Shown: positions 12,244 through 24,397, numbered from the whole stretch's first letter. The stretch is DNA of 62,978 nt, filler included, from Octopus bimaculoides (GCF_001194135.2; 6 parts of 6 records of this genome joined end to end with filler, not necessarily neighbours in it); one strand, 5' to 3'. Program-made: numbers and translations. Notes: generated by a model from the letters alone, not told the origin.

Positions 12244-12255
12244 TTAATTAATTAA
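12244..12255. other. Artificial six-frame stop spacer TTAATTAATTAA in a 100-bp gap
   Basis: Exactly 44 N + TTAATTAATTAA + 44 N. Confidence 0.95.
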
Positions 12256-12420
12256 NNNNNNNNNNNNNNNNNNNNNNNNNNNNNNNNNNNNNNNNNNNNA
12301 TATATATATATATATATATAATATATATACATATATATATATATATACACATATATATACATATATTTATCTACATATATACATATACATACATACGTAC
12401 ATACACATACACACACAAAT

Positions 12421-12612
12421 GCACGGTGTGGCTGTGTGGTAAGAAGCTTGCTTCCCAATCACATAGTTTCCGTCTACCAAATCCACTCGCATGGCTTTGG
12501 TCGGATCTAAGCTATAGTAGAAGGTACTTGCCCAAGATGCCATGCAGTGGGACTGAACCCGGAACCATGTGGTTAGGAAGCAAGCTTCTTACCACACTTT
12601 CACTCTTGTGCC
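12421..12612. mobile_element. Fold-back chimera of SINE family B (+ strand head fused to a - strand copy)
   Basis: 12434-12470 gtgtggtaagaagcttgcttcccaatcacatagtttcc is complementary to 12561-12597 ggaaccatgtggttaggaagcaagcttcttaccacac. Confidence 0.8.
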
Positions 12613-12984
12613 TACGTATATATATATTTTGTTATTTCTTCCAGCTTTCACCTAAATTTTTGCAGAACCATCTTTCTTTTTTTTTATGTGTTTATGTTCA
12701 TCTTTTCTGTATTTTTTTTTTACAATGTTTATTCATTCATTCAATCATCGCATTCCATTTTCTTGTCTTTTGAAAGCGACTTAGCTTTAATATTAATACT
12801 CTACGGGTGCGAGTTATAAGCGTTCTTTCACTTTGTACTCTGACCTATTAGGCTAATGTCTCCCCCCCCCCATCTCTCTCTTTCTCTGTTTCTTTCTGAG
12901 TGTATAATCAGTCGTTTTATCGTTATTGTTGTTGTTGCAGCTGCTGTTGTTATATCATCACCGTAATCATCATCATCATCGTTA

Positions 12985-13047
<63 letters not shown>
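12985..13047. repeat. (ATT)n microsatellite
   Basis: Direct reading. Confidence 0.95.
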
Positions 13048-13048
<1 letters not shown>

Positions 13049-13711
13049 TTATTGGTCTCACTTGCTACTTTACTGCGTGATAGACTTAATGGGAAAATGG
13101 ATATATCATTTTATTTTAAAAACGGCAGAAAATGTTCCCATAAAAGACAGATGGAATTAAAAAGTAAGAAAATGAATAAATTTGATAGGAAAGGATGTTA
13201 TTTTCTCTCTCTCTCCACCTTTTCCTCCATTTTTTTTTCAATAAATGAAGATAAAATACTATCAACATAAATGAGATTTATTCTGTTCTTTTTTATGGCT
13301 ACTAGCGAAAATCGAAACCGATTCGCACACACAAACCATTGAAAGCTAAAATTCTACAACTTTATGGTGTTATGCTATTAAACGTATTTTTTAAAGAAAG
13401 ATTTGGACCACATGCTGGTAGTGTCTGAACGTATGTGGGAGTTGATTATATCCTGTTTTGAATGTATTATCCTTTGATTTGGTCGTAATGCTTCTGTGGA
13501 GTGAGGTTTCAGGATGGTAATTTACAGTCAGACATAAAGTTTAAGAACTTTTCCGACGAGGAAAAGGAGAGGAAGAATAAAAATTACGAGGTAGTTATTA
13601 GCAACAGAAGCAATATTGATGTTAAAAGATAATATTTATTCCCATTTAAAAGTGGATGTTGTGTTAGAACACGGAATATTGCGACGTGAAGACGGAGGAA
13701 ATGCCGTAGTT

Positions 13712-13799
13712 GAAGACACTTGCCCAAGGTGCCACGCAGTAGGACTGAACCCGGAACCATGTGGTTAGTAAGCGAGCTACTTACCACACAACCACTCCT
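13712..13799 (-). mobile_element. SINE family B, 5' half
   Basis: gaagacacttgcccaaggtgccacgcagtaggactgaacccggaaccatgtggttagtaagcgagctacttaccacac. Confidence 0.9.
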
Positions 13800-14244
13800 T
13801 TAAACCTCGAATGTTTTGCTGCAAATCAGCCTCGTTTCTGCATTTCTTTTTTTGCTTTATATTTAAAAAAAAAAGGTTTGTTTTCTTTTTCTTTTCTTTA
13901 TTCCGTAGGCCGTTGTTCGGTGAACTTGTCGCTATGAAGAAAACAAAATTTAAAATATTCAAAAAAGATGAGGGTCTTTTTCGCGAAAAACAATTGAATG
14001 AAAAGAAAAATGGCACGCGCCTCGTAAAAAAGACGGGATCAAATAGCAAATATCCATGAAAATATTCATCCAGTTTCCGTAGAAGGCGTTAAACATTCAA
14101 ACAACATCGAGTAAAACCAAGAAAAATACAAAACGCGTGATCTCGAGAAGATCTAGGTACGACCACCTCCACTTTATATCATACATCATAGAGAGTGTGA
14201 TAGCAAATTTCGGTTCGGTGGAGTTCTGATCAACTTGAGCCAAT

Positions 14245-14600
14245 CAGAATCCGTTCACTGGCCGCAGTTACTCTCTTTTTGTCTTTTCCTTCATGTCGCG
14301 GTGTTTGATTCCATCTGCCTCAAGCATTCTCAGGTATTGGTAGCTGGATCGAGGTTGAACTGCTTTCATCACTTCGCCACTTGGCAGCCATACGCCTTCT
14401 ATCTCGGCAAGCTTTCCTCGTCTCATCACCATCGTAGCACATTTTGAGTGTCCAAACTCCATCTTTATATCACTGGACTAGGCTGCCCAAATCTACCTCA
14501 GCTTTTGTGAATAACTTCAGGTCGTCCATGAATAGCAAATGGTTTAGTTTTCTTTTACCTCTTCCCAGATCATACCCTAACTTTGATTTCTGTGGTATTT
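14245..14600 (-). mobile_element. R4/Dong-like LINE reverse transcriptase fragment
   Basis: Minus-strand LNHLLFMDDLKLF (RT motif C) followed by MEFGHSKCATMVMRRGK...YQYLRMLEADGIKHRDMKEK. It abuts a (TAT)n array. Confidence 0.85.
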
Positions 14601-14607
14601 CACTATT

Positions 14608-14611
14608 TCAC

Positions 14612-14680
<69 letters not shown>

Positions 14681-14740
14681 CATCATTATTATTATTATTA
14701 TTATNNNNNNNNNNTATTATTATTATTATTATTATTATCA

Positions 14741-14808
<68 letters not shown>
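14608..14808. repeat. (TAT)n microsatellite with internal gap
   Basis: Direct reading. Confidence 0.95.
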
Positions 14809-15707
14809 TAATTTGTTTTCCAACTGTTTCATACTGCAGCTCTCCTTTCCTAATGTAAAGTTTCTTAAAGGGCTCTACGGTGTATCAAAATAGCGAAGCA
14901 CCGTTTTACTATCATACCTGGTAAATTCTGTTTCATTACATTTATCTTATTTATTTATTTATCTATTCACTTATTTAGTTCATTTCTGTATTTATTCTAA
15001 TTTTATTCATTCACTCGTTCGATTTTTTCAATCATCTGATGAAGAAATACGCCGTTTCGTTTTGTTTTTTTTTTTGTTTATATTTAAATGTGTTTAATTT
15101 TTTTTTGGTTTTGCGTATTTTTGAATAAAAAAAAAAGTTATCTTCATTTTTTTATTTGTTGTCTCTTCTCCGATAACCACATTGATCTGCTTTCAGCCAG
15201 AGGGCCATTTTAGAAATGGTTAAAGCTCACTATACATACACACACAGGCACACACACATGCATACATACATGCACACACACATGCATACATACATACATA
15301 CATACATACATACATACGTACATACGTACGTACATACATGCATAGACGGGTAGATACACACATACACACGCGCACACACTCACACACGCACACACACGCA
15401 CATATATGTGCACACACACACACACTCATATATACACAATACATACATATACAGACACAAATGTATATAATATATCTATGTCCGTGTTTGCGCCTAGGTG
15501 TGTGCGTGTGTGTGTGCGTGTGTGCGTACGTGTGTCTGTCAGCATGACCGCAGCCACTTGGCTGAAACACATAAATAAATAAATAAATAAATATGTTTGT
15601 GTATCTGTCTATACGAACAAATTTTTTTCTTTATATAAATATAGTTGTGCGTATGTATATAAGNNNNNNNNNNNNNNNNNNNNNNNNNNNNNNNNNNNNN
15701 NNNNNNN

Positions 15708-15719
15708 TTAATTAATTAA
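15708..15719. other. Artificial six-frame stop spacer in a 100-bp gap
   Basis: 44 N + TTAATTAATTAA + 44 N. Confidence 0.95.
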
Positions 15720-15789
15720 NNNNNNNNNNNNNNNNNNNNNNNNNNNNNNNNNNNNNNNNNNNNATATATATAGTTATGGTATACTCTTT

Positions 15790-15937
15790 TCTACTCTAGG
15801 CACAAGACCCGAAATTTTTGGAGAGGGGGGGGCAGTCGATTAGATGGACCCCAGTGCGCAACTGGTACTTAATTTGTTGATCCCGAAAGGATGAAAGGAA
15901 AAGTCGAATTCCGCGGAATTTGAACTCAGAACGTAAA
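15790..15937 (-). mobile_element. SINE family A, 5'-truncated, tail type 2
   Basis: ggcacaagacccgaaattttt...gaccccagtgcgcaactggtacttaat...ggatgaaaggaaaagtcg...gaatttgaactcagaacgt. Confidence 0.85.
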
Positions 15938-16089
15938 TGGTTATGCCATATTCTGTTCAGAACGTAGTAGAGTACAATAAAAAGCTCGTTCACTTTCAAA
16001 TTTCCCCCTGTGCTTCCACGATTACGTTTGGGCTCCTGTTGTGTGTGAATGAGTGCTTGAAAAAAATTGGAGCCAGCAAGAAGGAGTGC

Positions 16090-16702
16090 GGTTGGACATT
16101 TATTTTCAATCCCTACAATTGTTTCTACGCGACGTAGTTCTCCAGATGTGTAGGTACTTGTTTATGCAACCGTTTCCCTGCATTTGGAGACCTAGTTCTC
16201 TTTCCTCAGGCGATTTGTAAATACACCACCATCTTTCAGCGGTCCAAAGATATGATAGTCGGAAAGGGCGCAATCAAGGTTGTAGGCAGGGTGTTCCAGC
16301 ACCTCAAAACCCAATTGGTTAATGGTTTTGACGGTCTGGGCGGCCGTGCGTAGGCGTTCATTGTCATACAATAACAAAACTTTCTTCGACAATAGGCGTT
16401 TGATACGAATTGCTGGCTTCAGTTCGTTGACCAGCAAAGCCCTGTATCTTGTACTGTTGATCGAACACACCTTTTCCAGAGAAATCGCATCATTGCTCTC
16501 TATCCTTCTTTGGTGCACATTGCTAGTGGGGCAGCCATGCTTACACTGTAAAGCCAGGAAGAAAAATGGCGTGATCAGGCTCAAACTTCGATCACGTGAC
16601 CTCAATAGTACCAACTATAATCACGCGCGCGCAGAAGGCAGTCTGACAATAATAAAGATATGTTATGGCGAAAGTAAGGGCAATTTTTTACTTCCCCTCG
16701 CA
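16090..16702 (-). mobile_element. Internally deleted mariner (DD34D) element
   Basis: Minus-strand INSTRYRALLVNELKPAIRIKRLLSKKVLLLYDNERLRTAAQTVKTINQLGFEVLEHPAYNLDCALSDYHIFGPLK matches the mariner HDNARPH and HPPYSPDLAPSDY motifs. A TIR-like end tatgcgagggg lies at ~16702 next to TA repeats. Confidence 0.85.
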
Positions 16703-16732
16703 TATATATGCACACCGCGCTTGTATATAATG

Positions 16733-16772
<40 letters not shown>

Positions 16773-17519
16773 NNNNNNNNNNNNNNNNNNNNNNNNNNNN
16801 NNNNNNNNNNNNNNNNNNNNNNNNNNNNNNNNNNNNNNNNNNNNNNNNNNNNNNNNNNNNNNNNNNNNNNNNNNNNNNNNNNNNNNNNNNNNNNNNNNNN
16901 NNNNNNNNNNNNNNNNNNNNNNNNNNNNNNNNNNNNNNNNNNNNNNNNNNNNNNNNNNNNNNNNNNNNNNNNNNNNNNNNNNNNNNNNNNNNNNNNNNNN
17001 NNNNNNNNNNNNNNNNNNNNNNNNNNNNNNNNNNNNNNNNNNNNNNNNNNNNNNNNNNNNNNNNNNNNNNNNNNNNNNNNNNNNNNNNNNNNNNNNNNNN
17101 NNNNNNNNNNNNNNNNNNNNNNNNNNNNNNNNNNNNNNNNNNNNNNNNNNNNNNNNNNNNNNNNNNNNNNNNNNNNNNNNNNNNNNNNNNNNNNNNNNNN
17201 NNNNNNNNNNNNNNNNNNNNNNNNNNNNNNNNNNNNNNNNNNNNNNNNNNNNNNNNNNNNNNNNNNNNNNNNNNNNNNNNNNNNNNNNNNNNNNNNNNNN
17301 NNNNNNNNNNNNNNNNNNNNNNNNNNNNNNNNNNNNNNNNNNNNNNNNNNNNNNNNNNNNNNNNNNNNNNNNNNNNNNNNNNNNNNNNNNNNNNNNNNNN
17401 NNNNNNNNNNNNNNNNNNNNNNNNNNNNNNNNNNNNNNNNNNNNNNNNNNNNNNNNNNNNNNNNNNNNNNNNNNNNNNNNNNNNNNNNNNNNNNNNNNNN
17501 NNNNNNNNNNNNNNNNNNN

Positions 17520-17571
<52 letters not shown>

Positions 17572-17924
17572 GTGTGTGTATATGTGAAGCCTAATTTTGT
17601 TCATCTGCATCACTAACTTGTCTTGGATTTCTCTTATAGCTAACCGTGGTCCTTCTTCTGGTCGAAGAATTCGGCGTTCAAATTCATTTGAGCAGTAATG
17701 CGTATTTTCTCTGCTGAGCATATATATCTAGCTCTCACCTATTGTCCTCATATAATATAATATACATGTATTTTTCCTGCACAGTATATATGTGTGCGCG
17801 CGCACGAAGTATGGTTTGTATGTGTGTGTACATTACATATCTATCTATACGTACGTACATGCATACATAACATACATACATGAATATAATACATACATAG
17901 ATATGTGTGTGTTGTGTGTGTGTT

Positions 17925-18178
17925 GGCACTCCGTCGCTTACGACGTCGAGGGTTCCAGTTGATCTGATGAACGGAACAGCCTGCTCGTGAAATTAACGTG
18001 TAAGTGGCTGAGCACTCCACAGACACGTGTACCCTTAACGTAGTTCTCGGGGAGAATCAACGTGACAGAGGGTGTGACAAGGCTGACCCTTTGAATTACA
18101 GGCACAACAGAAACATGAAGTAAGAGTGAGAGAAAGTTGTGGTGAAAGAGTACAGCAGGGTTCGCCACCATCCCCTGC
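17925..18178 (-). mobile_element. Dispersed SINE-like element, family D (5' end lost in gap)
   Basis: GC-richer unique block that ends in ...ggaaccctcgacgtcgtaagcgacggagtgccaac with a CA-rich tail on the minus strand. The family is recognised from recall only. Confidence 0.55.
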
Positions 18179-19026
18179 NNNNNNNNNNNNNNNNNNNNNN
18201 NNNNNNNNNNNNNNNNNNNNNNNNNNNNNNNNNNNNNNNNNNNNNNNNNNNNNNNNNNNNNNNNNNNNNNNNNNNNNNNNNNNNNNNNNNNNNNNNNNNN
18301 NNNNNNNNNNNNNNNNNNNNNNNNNNNNNNNNNNNNNNNNNNNNNNNNNNNNNNNNNNNNNNNNNNNNNNNNNNNNNNNNNNNNNNNNNNNNNNNNNNNN
18401 NNNNNNNNNNNNNNNNNNNNNNNNNNNNNNNNNNNNNNNNNNNNNNNNNNNNNNNNNNNNNNNNNNNNNNNNNNNNNNNNNNNNNNNNNNNNNNNNNNNN
18501 NNNNNNNNNNNNNNNNNNNNNNNNNNNNNNNNNNNNNNNNNNNNNNNNNNNNNNNNNNNNNNNNNNNNNNNNNNNNNNNNNNNNNNNNNNNNNNNNNNNN
18601 NNNNNNNNNNNNNNNNNNNNNNNNNNNNNNNNNNNNNNNNNNNNNNNNNNNNNNNNNNNNNNNNNNNNNNNNNNNNNNNNNNNNNNNNNNNNNNNNNNNN
18701 NNNNNNNNNNNNNNNNNNNNNNNNNNNNNNNNNNNNNNNNNNNNNNNNNNNNNNNNNNNNNNNNNNNNNNNNNNNNNNNNNNNNNNNNNNNNNNNNNNNN
18801 NNNNNNNNNNNNNNNNNNNNNNNNNNNNNNNNNNNNNNNNNNNNNNNNNNNNNNNNNNNNNNNNNNNNNNNNNNNNNNNNNNNNNNNNNNNNNNNNNNNN
18901 NNNNNNNNNNNNNNNNNNNNNNNNNNNNNNNNNNNNNNNNNNNNNNNNNNNNNNNNNNNNNNNNNNNNNNNNNNNNNNNNNNNNNNNNNNNNNNNNNNNN
19001 NNNNNNNNNNNNNNNNNNNNNNNNNN

Positions 19027-19068
<42 letters not shown>

Positions 19069-19072
19069 TCTA

Positions 19073-19293
19073 GGAGGCGAGCTAGCAGAAACGTTAGGAT
19101 GCCGGGCGAAATGCGTAGTGGTATTTCGTCTGCCGCTACGTTCTGAGTTCAAATTCCGCCGAGGTCGACTTTGTCTTTCATCATTTCGGGGTCGATTAAA
19201 TAAGTACCAGTTACGCACTGGGGTCGATGTAATCGACTTAATCCGTCTGTCTGTCCTTGCTTGTCCTCTTTGTGTGTAGCCCCTTGTGGGCAG
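19073..19293 (+). mobile_element. SINE family A, full length, tail type 1
   Basis: ggaggcgagctagcagaaacgttagg...acgttctgagttcaaattccgccgaggtcgactttg...gccccttgtgggcagtaaagaaata. Confidence 0.9.
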
Positions 19294-19389
19294 TAAAGAA
19301 ATAATATAGACAGACAGACAGACAGACAGACAGATAGATAGATAGAGATATATTTGGGTGCGTCTGTGAGTGTGTGTCTGTGAGTGTAC

Positions 19390-19560
19390 GTTTGTGCGTA
19401 TACTGTGCCTTTGTTTGTCCCCATCACGGCTTGGTAACTTGTATTGGTTTGCTTACGTCCCCTAACATTGCAATTCGAAATAATAGATCGATTAAATAAG
19501 CTACTGCCGTTGATTCCTTCGACTAAAGCCCTTGAAAGACAGTGTTCCAGCATGGCCACC
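19390..19560 (+). mobile_element. SINE family B 3' tail module
   Basis: ggtttgcttacgtcccctaacattgcaattcg...ttccagcatggccac, homologous to 10250-10440. Confidence 0.6.
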
Positions 19561-19589
19561 ATCTAAATACCAAAGCAATTAAAAACAAA

Positions 19590-19795
19590 CATTTTCAAAT
19601 TGTGGCACTAAGACACCAATTTCGGAAGAGGGGCCGAGTCGATAAGATCGACCCCTATTGCTCAAGTGATACCTATTTCATCGACCGGAGAGGATGAGAA
19701 GCGAAGAAGACCCCTTTGTCTTTTGAATCAACACCGTGAAGATGAACGCACTGATACTTAGCATTTTGCCCGACCTAACACAGATTTTGCCTACC
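19590..19795 (-). mobile_element. SINE family A, degenerate copy
   Basis: gtcgataagatcgacccc...tttcatcgaccggagaggatgag...ttagcattttgcccgacctaac. Confidence 0.6.
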
Positions 19796-19819
19796 CACCA
19801 CCTTTGTTTTTTAAGTTTT

Positions 19820-20029
19820 GGCAGAAGGTCAACAAATTTCGGGGATAGGGTAAGTCGATTGCATTGACCCCAGTGCTTAACTAGTGCGTAAATTATCGAC
19901 CCCCGAAAGGATGCCAGTCAAAGTCGACCTCGGCGGGATTTGAACTCAGAACGTAAAGACGGACGAAATGCCACGAAATGCCAGCAAGCATTTCGCCCAG
20001 CGTGCCGACGATTCTGCCAGCTCGCCGTC
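19820..20029 (-). mobile_element. SINE family A, tail type 2
   Basis: ggcagaaggtcaacaaatttcgggg...gtcgacctcggcgggatttgaactcagaacgtaaagacggacgaaatgcc...gccagctcgccg. Confidence 0.9.
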
Positions 20030-20085
20030 TTACTACTACTACTACTACTACTACTACTATTACACTAATAATAATAATAATAATA

Positions 20086-20121
<36 letters not shown>

Positions 20122-20685
20122 CATTATTTATATTATTATTGTTATAAAAGATATGTAACGAGTAATTCTACACTTAGCATAAACTCCGGAACTCCCGAGC
20201 TGGAGCATCTCAATCGGATAAAGTTTAATGTTTTGTCCAGTACTACTGTTTTAAAATGTAAGAAGAAAAAAAAAAACCAAGACGAAAAAAAGCATAATAA
20301 AACTAGCGACAGGGGAGATAACTGAGAAAATCTTATAAGATCAAAGAATTGAAATTTTCTTTTTGGGCAAAATACGACAATAGCGCATGTGTCTGTAACG
20401 CGGATTTCAAACAGATTAGCGAAAACAATGGACCTGGTTTGCTCTTTATTGTTCTTCTTAAATGTGAAATATATGCGACAAGAGAATGGTTAAATACTCA
20501 AGACAGGGGCGTTTAACTCCCTGGGGGCGTTATACACTCGCATACCGTATATAAGTATACAATAATTTAGTTTAAATACATATATATATATAAATACATA
20601 TATAAATACATATATATATGCATATATATATATATATATATATACATACATACATGCATACATACGTACGTACATACATACATAC

Positions 20686-20722
<37 letters not shown>

Positions 20723-21071
20723 TTCATATATGTACAAATATTTACATATAAATATATGTACATATATACACATATATATACATGTATATACTTATGTATA
20801 TATGTGTATATGTATGTATGTATGTATGTATGTATATGATGAATGTATGCTTTGGCATAAAACAAAAGGATTTGTTACGAAAGATTGTTTTACCAAAAGG
20901 AAATGAGGAATTCTGGGATATATACTTCAAAGCTTTTCTTTTTCCTTTTTTCATAAATACATTTTTGTCTTGAGGGAAGGTGAGAGGAAGATTTTGGGAA
21001 GGGTGGCGTGGTGGGGATGTTAACGATGTGGTAGACAAGATCTGTTAGCATGAATCACGAACTGAAATATA

Positions 21072-21148
<77 letters not shown>

Positions 21149-21192
21149 NNNNNNNNNNNNNNNNNNNNNNNNNNNNNNNNNNNNNNNNNNNN

Positions 21193-21204
21193 TTAATTAA
21201 TTAA
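21193..21204. other. Artificial six-frame stop spacer in a 100-bp gap
   Basis: N-flanked TTAATTAATTAA. Confidence 0.95.
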
Positions 21205-21275
21205 NNNNNNNNNNNNNNNNNNNNNNNNNNNNNNNNNNNNNNNNNNNNTAGTAGTAGTAGTAGTAGTAGCAGCTT

Positions 21276-21328
<53 letters not shown>

Positions 21329-23377
21329 TTAGTAGTAGTTGCTATTGTCGTTATCGTTGTTGTTGTTGTTGTTGTTGTTGTTGTTACTCTTTCCGTTACT
21401 GCTCCATCGCCGAGTCTATAGTTGGTTGGACAGTGTCCGAGCCATTAGCAAGCTCAGTTCTGGCATAGATGTATGTATGGTGCACTTAACGGATTTCACC
21501 GCGATAATTTGTTTGTACACACACACACACACACACGCACACATACACGCTCACACACACACACTTACACACACACACACGAGCGCACACGCATAAATAT
21601 ATTTATGTATGGAATGTCTGAGCATGTTTACGTATATGTACATATATATGTATATATACACACACACACACACACGCACACACACACATATATTATTTAA
21701 TATTATGTGGCTAATAACCTTATAGCGTTCTTTCCAAAGCTTCTCTCTCTCTATATGTGTGTATATATATATACATATGTGTAAAGAGATAGATTGATAG
21801 GTAGATAGATAGTCAGACAGACAGGCAGACAGAGATTGCATAACGTACATTAAAGGACCTTGGGAAAGAGGGAGAAAGAGAGAGGGTGAGGCAGCAAAGA
21901 GAGACGGACAATGACTTGAAAGATGTAGCCTTATAACCACGCACATGCATATGTATATAGATGTGTATACACGCGTGTATATATATATATACATATATAT
22001 ANNNNNNNNNNNNNNNNNNNNNNNNNNNNNNNNNNNNNNNNNNNNNNNNNNNNNNNNNNNNNNNNNNNNNNNNNNNNNNNNNNNNNNNNNNNNNNNNNNN
22101 NNNNNNNNNNNNNNNNNNNNNNNNNNNNNNNNNNNNNNNNNNNNNNNNNNNNNNNNNNNNNNNNNNNNNNNNNNNNNNNNNNNNNNNNNNNNNNNNNNNN
22201 NNNNNNNNNNNNNNNNNNNNNNNNNNNNNNNNNNNNNNNNNNNNNNNNNNNNNNNNNNNNNNNNNNNNNNNNNNNNNNNNNNNNNNNNNNNNNNNNNNNN
22301 NNNNNNNNNNNNNNNNNNNNNNNNNNNNNNNNNNNNNNNNNNNNNNNNNNNNNNNNNNNNNNNNNNNNNNNNNNNNNNNNNNNNNNNNNNNNNNNNNNNN
22401 NNNNNNNNNNNNNNNNNNNNNNNNNNNNNNNNNNNNNNNNNNNNNNNNNNNNNNNNNNNNNNNNNNNNNNNNNNNNNNNNNNNNNNNNNNNNNNNNNNNN
22501 NNNNNNNNNNNNNNNNNNNNNNNNNNNNNNNNNNNNNNNNNNNNNNNNNNNNNNNNNNNNNNNNNNNNNNNNNNNNNNNNNNNNNNNNNNNNNNNNNNNN
22601 NNNNNNNNNNNNNNNNNNNNNNNNNNNNNNNNNNNNNNNNNNNNNNNNNNNNNNNNNNNNNNNNNNNNNNNNNNNNNNNNNNNNNNNNNNNNNNNNNNNN
22701 NNNNNNNNNNNNNNNNNNNNNNAGCCTTTATCATCAACTTTCAGTCTCCCAAAATTCTAAGAATAGCAACGAGTTCTTTAATTGAGAATTCTTTTGTTTG
22801 CTTGCTTCTAATCTTCATCTGTTCTATCTTAGCCATTATCCTCATCATCTGCACGTTAAACTAAAATGTATGATTGATTTCTGCAACGGTTCCTGTAACT
22901 TCAGCCCCGAATCTACCAAACTTATTAGCGCAATGAGGAATTATATTTTTCTAATTTATTTTTCTTTTCTTGAAACAAACTTCATATTCCTCGTTATTAT
23001 CTCACACTTTACATCATTAGCATTTTCTATTCGTTTCTTTATGTTAATTCTTTTTAATTCATTTTTTAAGCTATTCTTTGTTCTTCGTGTGTTCTTCCCA
23101 AAGGCTGTTAAATTAATTGCATTTTCACCCCATCTCCGTTTTTGTTTTTGTCTTGTCTTTTTTTTTCATCATAATAGCTTAGATAAAAGTTTTGAGTAAA
23201 TAGTAGGGTTTGACTATTGCTATTACCCCCTGGTCTATTGACTGCAGCAGCGAAGTCATAGTCGAGGGTAGTAAAAATACAATTTACATTCTGACATAAG
23301 TCACCGAGTACATTTTAGATAACCTAAAGCATTATCAAACGTTAATAACATTTCAGAATCTGAATTTATAGACTTAC

Positions 23378-23456
23378 AATAGCTTTCTGTTTTGTGACAT
23401 GAACAGTTCTTAAACCAATCTTCTTCATGTAACGATTGAGTTGTATTTCCTTGAAA
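23378..23456 (-). CDS. Candidate internal exon (unknown gene)
   Basis: Acceptor ttttactag and donor gtaagt; open in two frames (FKEIQLNRYMKKIGLRTVHVTKQKAI or FQGNTTQSLHEEDWFKNCSCHKTESY). No homology recognised. Confidence 0.2.
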
Positions 23457-23671
23457 CTAGTAAAATTGTCTGCTTGAGCACTTTGTAAGCACATGTGTTT
23501 TCAGACCCACAGATCACGAAAATTCCCCCAGAAGACATAATCCAATAAAAAGGGATGAGTTATTAGTATCCAGTTTGAGGACAGATTTGCAGTTATCCTT
23601 TCATCGCTAAGTAAGTTCCCCAACATTTTTTGTAAGTTAACATGAAATTCCTGTGGAGTATATATTTTCAG

Positions 23672-23779
23672 ATAATTTCGTTACCATTTCAATAGAAAAA
23701 AAGGCCATAGTGGTTGTGCAACCTGCTAAAAAGTACAGCGAATTCTACCTCAAATCACTACCCAACGTTTTAAACAAAA
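23672..23779 (+). CDS. Candidate symmetric phase 1-1 exon (unknown gene)
   Basis: Acceptor tattttcag, donor gtaagt, 108 nt, open frame NFVTISIEKKAIVVVQPAKKYSEFYLKSLPNVLNK. No homology recognised. Confidence 0.25.
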
Positions 23780-24359
23780 GTAAGTTCATATTTGACAATA
23801 TAGTCCTAATTACACCAAATCTGAAATCAAATGCCTGGATAATCCTATCTGGAATACATCTAATCATAGATCTACTGGATTATGGCTGACCTGGGGTTAA
23901 ACAACAGCAACATCAACAGCAACAATTATATCAGCGAGAGGTGTAAACATCAATAAGCTTTATTTTCTCCTCTGTACAAACACTGACTTTCATGTCTACA
24001 ATAAAGGAAACTCAACAAGTCTCTGACACAATTGTTTTACGTTGACAAACATTGGTTGAGGTCTTTAACCTTGAAAAGTCAGGGACTTTGGCTTTCTCCA
24101 AGACGAGGAATCCAAAGATAAAATAAAGGGACGCAGATTCTGGGTATAAGCAAATGGAATACAAAAGCATACAGAACAACAAGAACTTTCTCCAAGTTCG
24201 CGTGGTTTCTACCTTATTTGATATTTGTCTCAAGTTCAGAGGAAATACTTTGTTTGTGTCGTTTATTTGGCAACTTTAAATCGAATAAGTATATTGGATA
24301 TGTGTGTATGTGTGTGTGAGTATACATACGTATGCACACGTATATGTCACATGCTTATA

Positions 24360-24397
<38 letters not shown>

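Noticed and set aside
15037-15060. CTGATGA on + and CGAAAC-ggc-GTA on -
   Set aside because: The two core halves are on opposite strands, so they cannot form one hammerhead.
23505-23610. Apparent + exon between ttttcag and gtaagt
   Set aside because: All three frames contain a stop, so it is not a clean coding exon as assembled.
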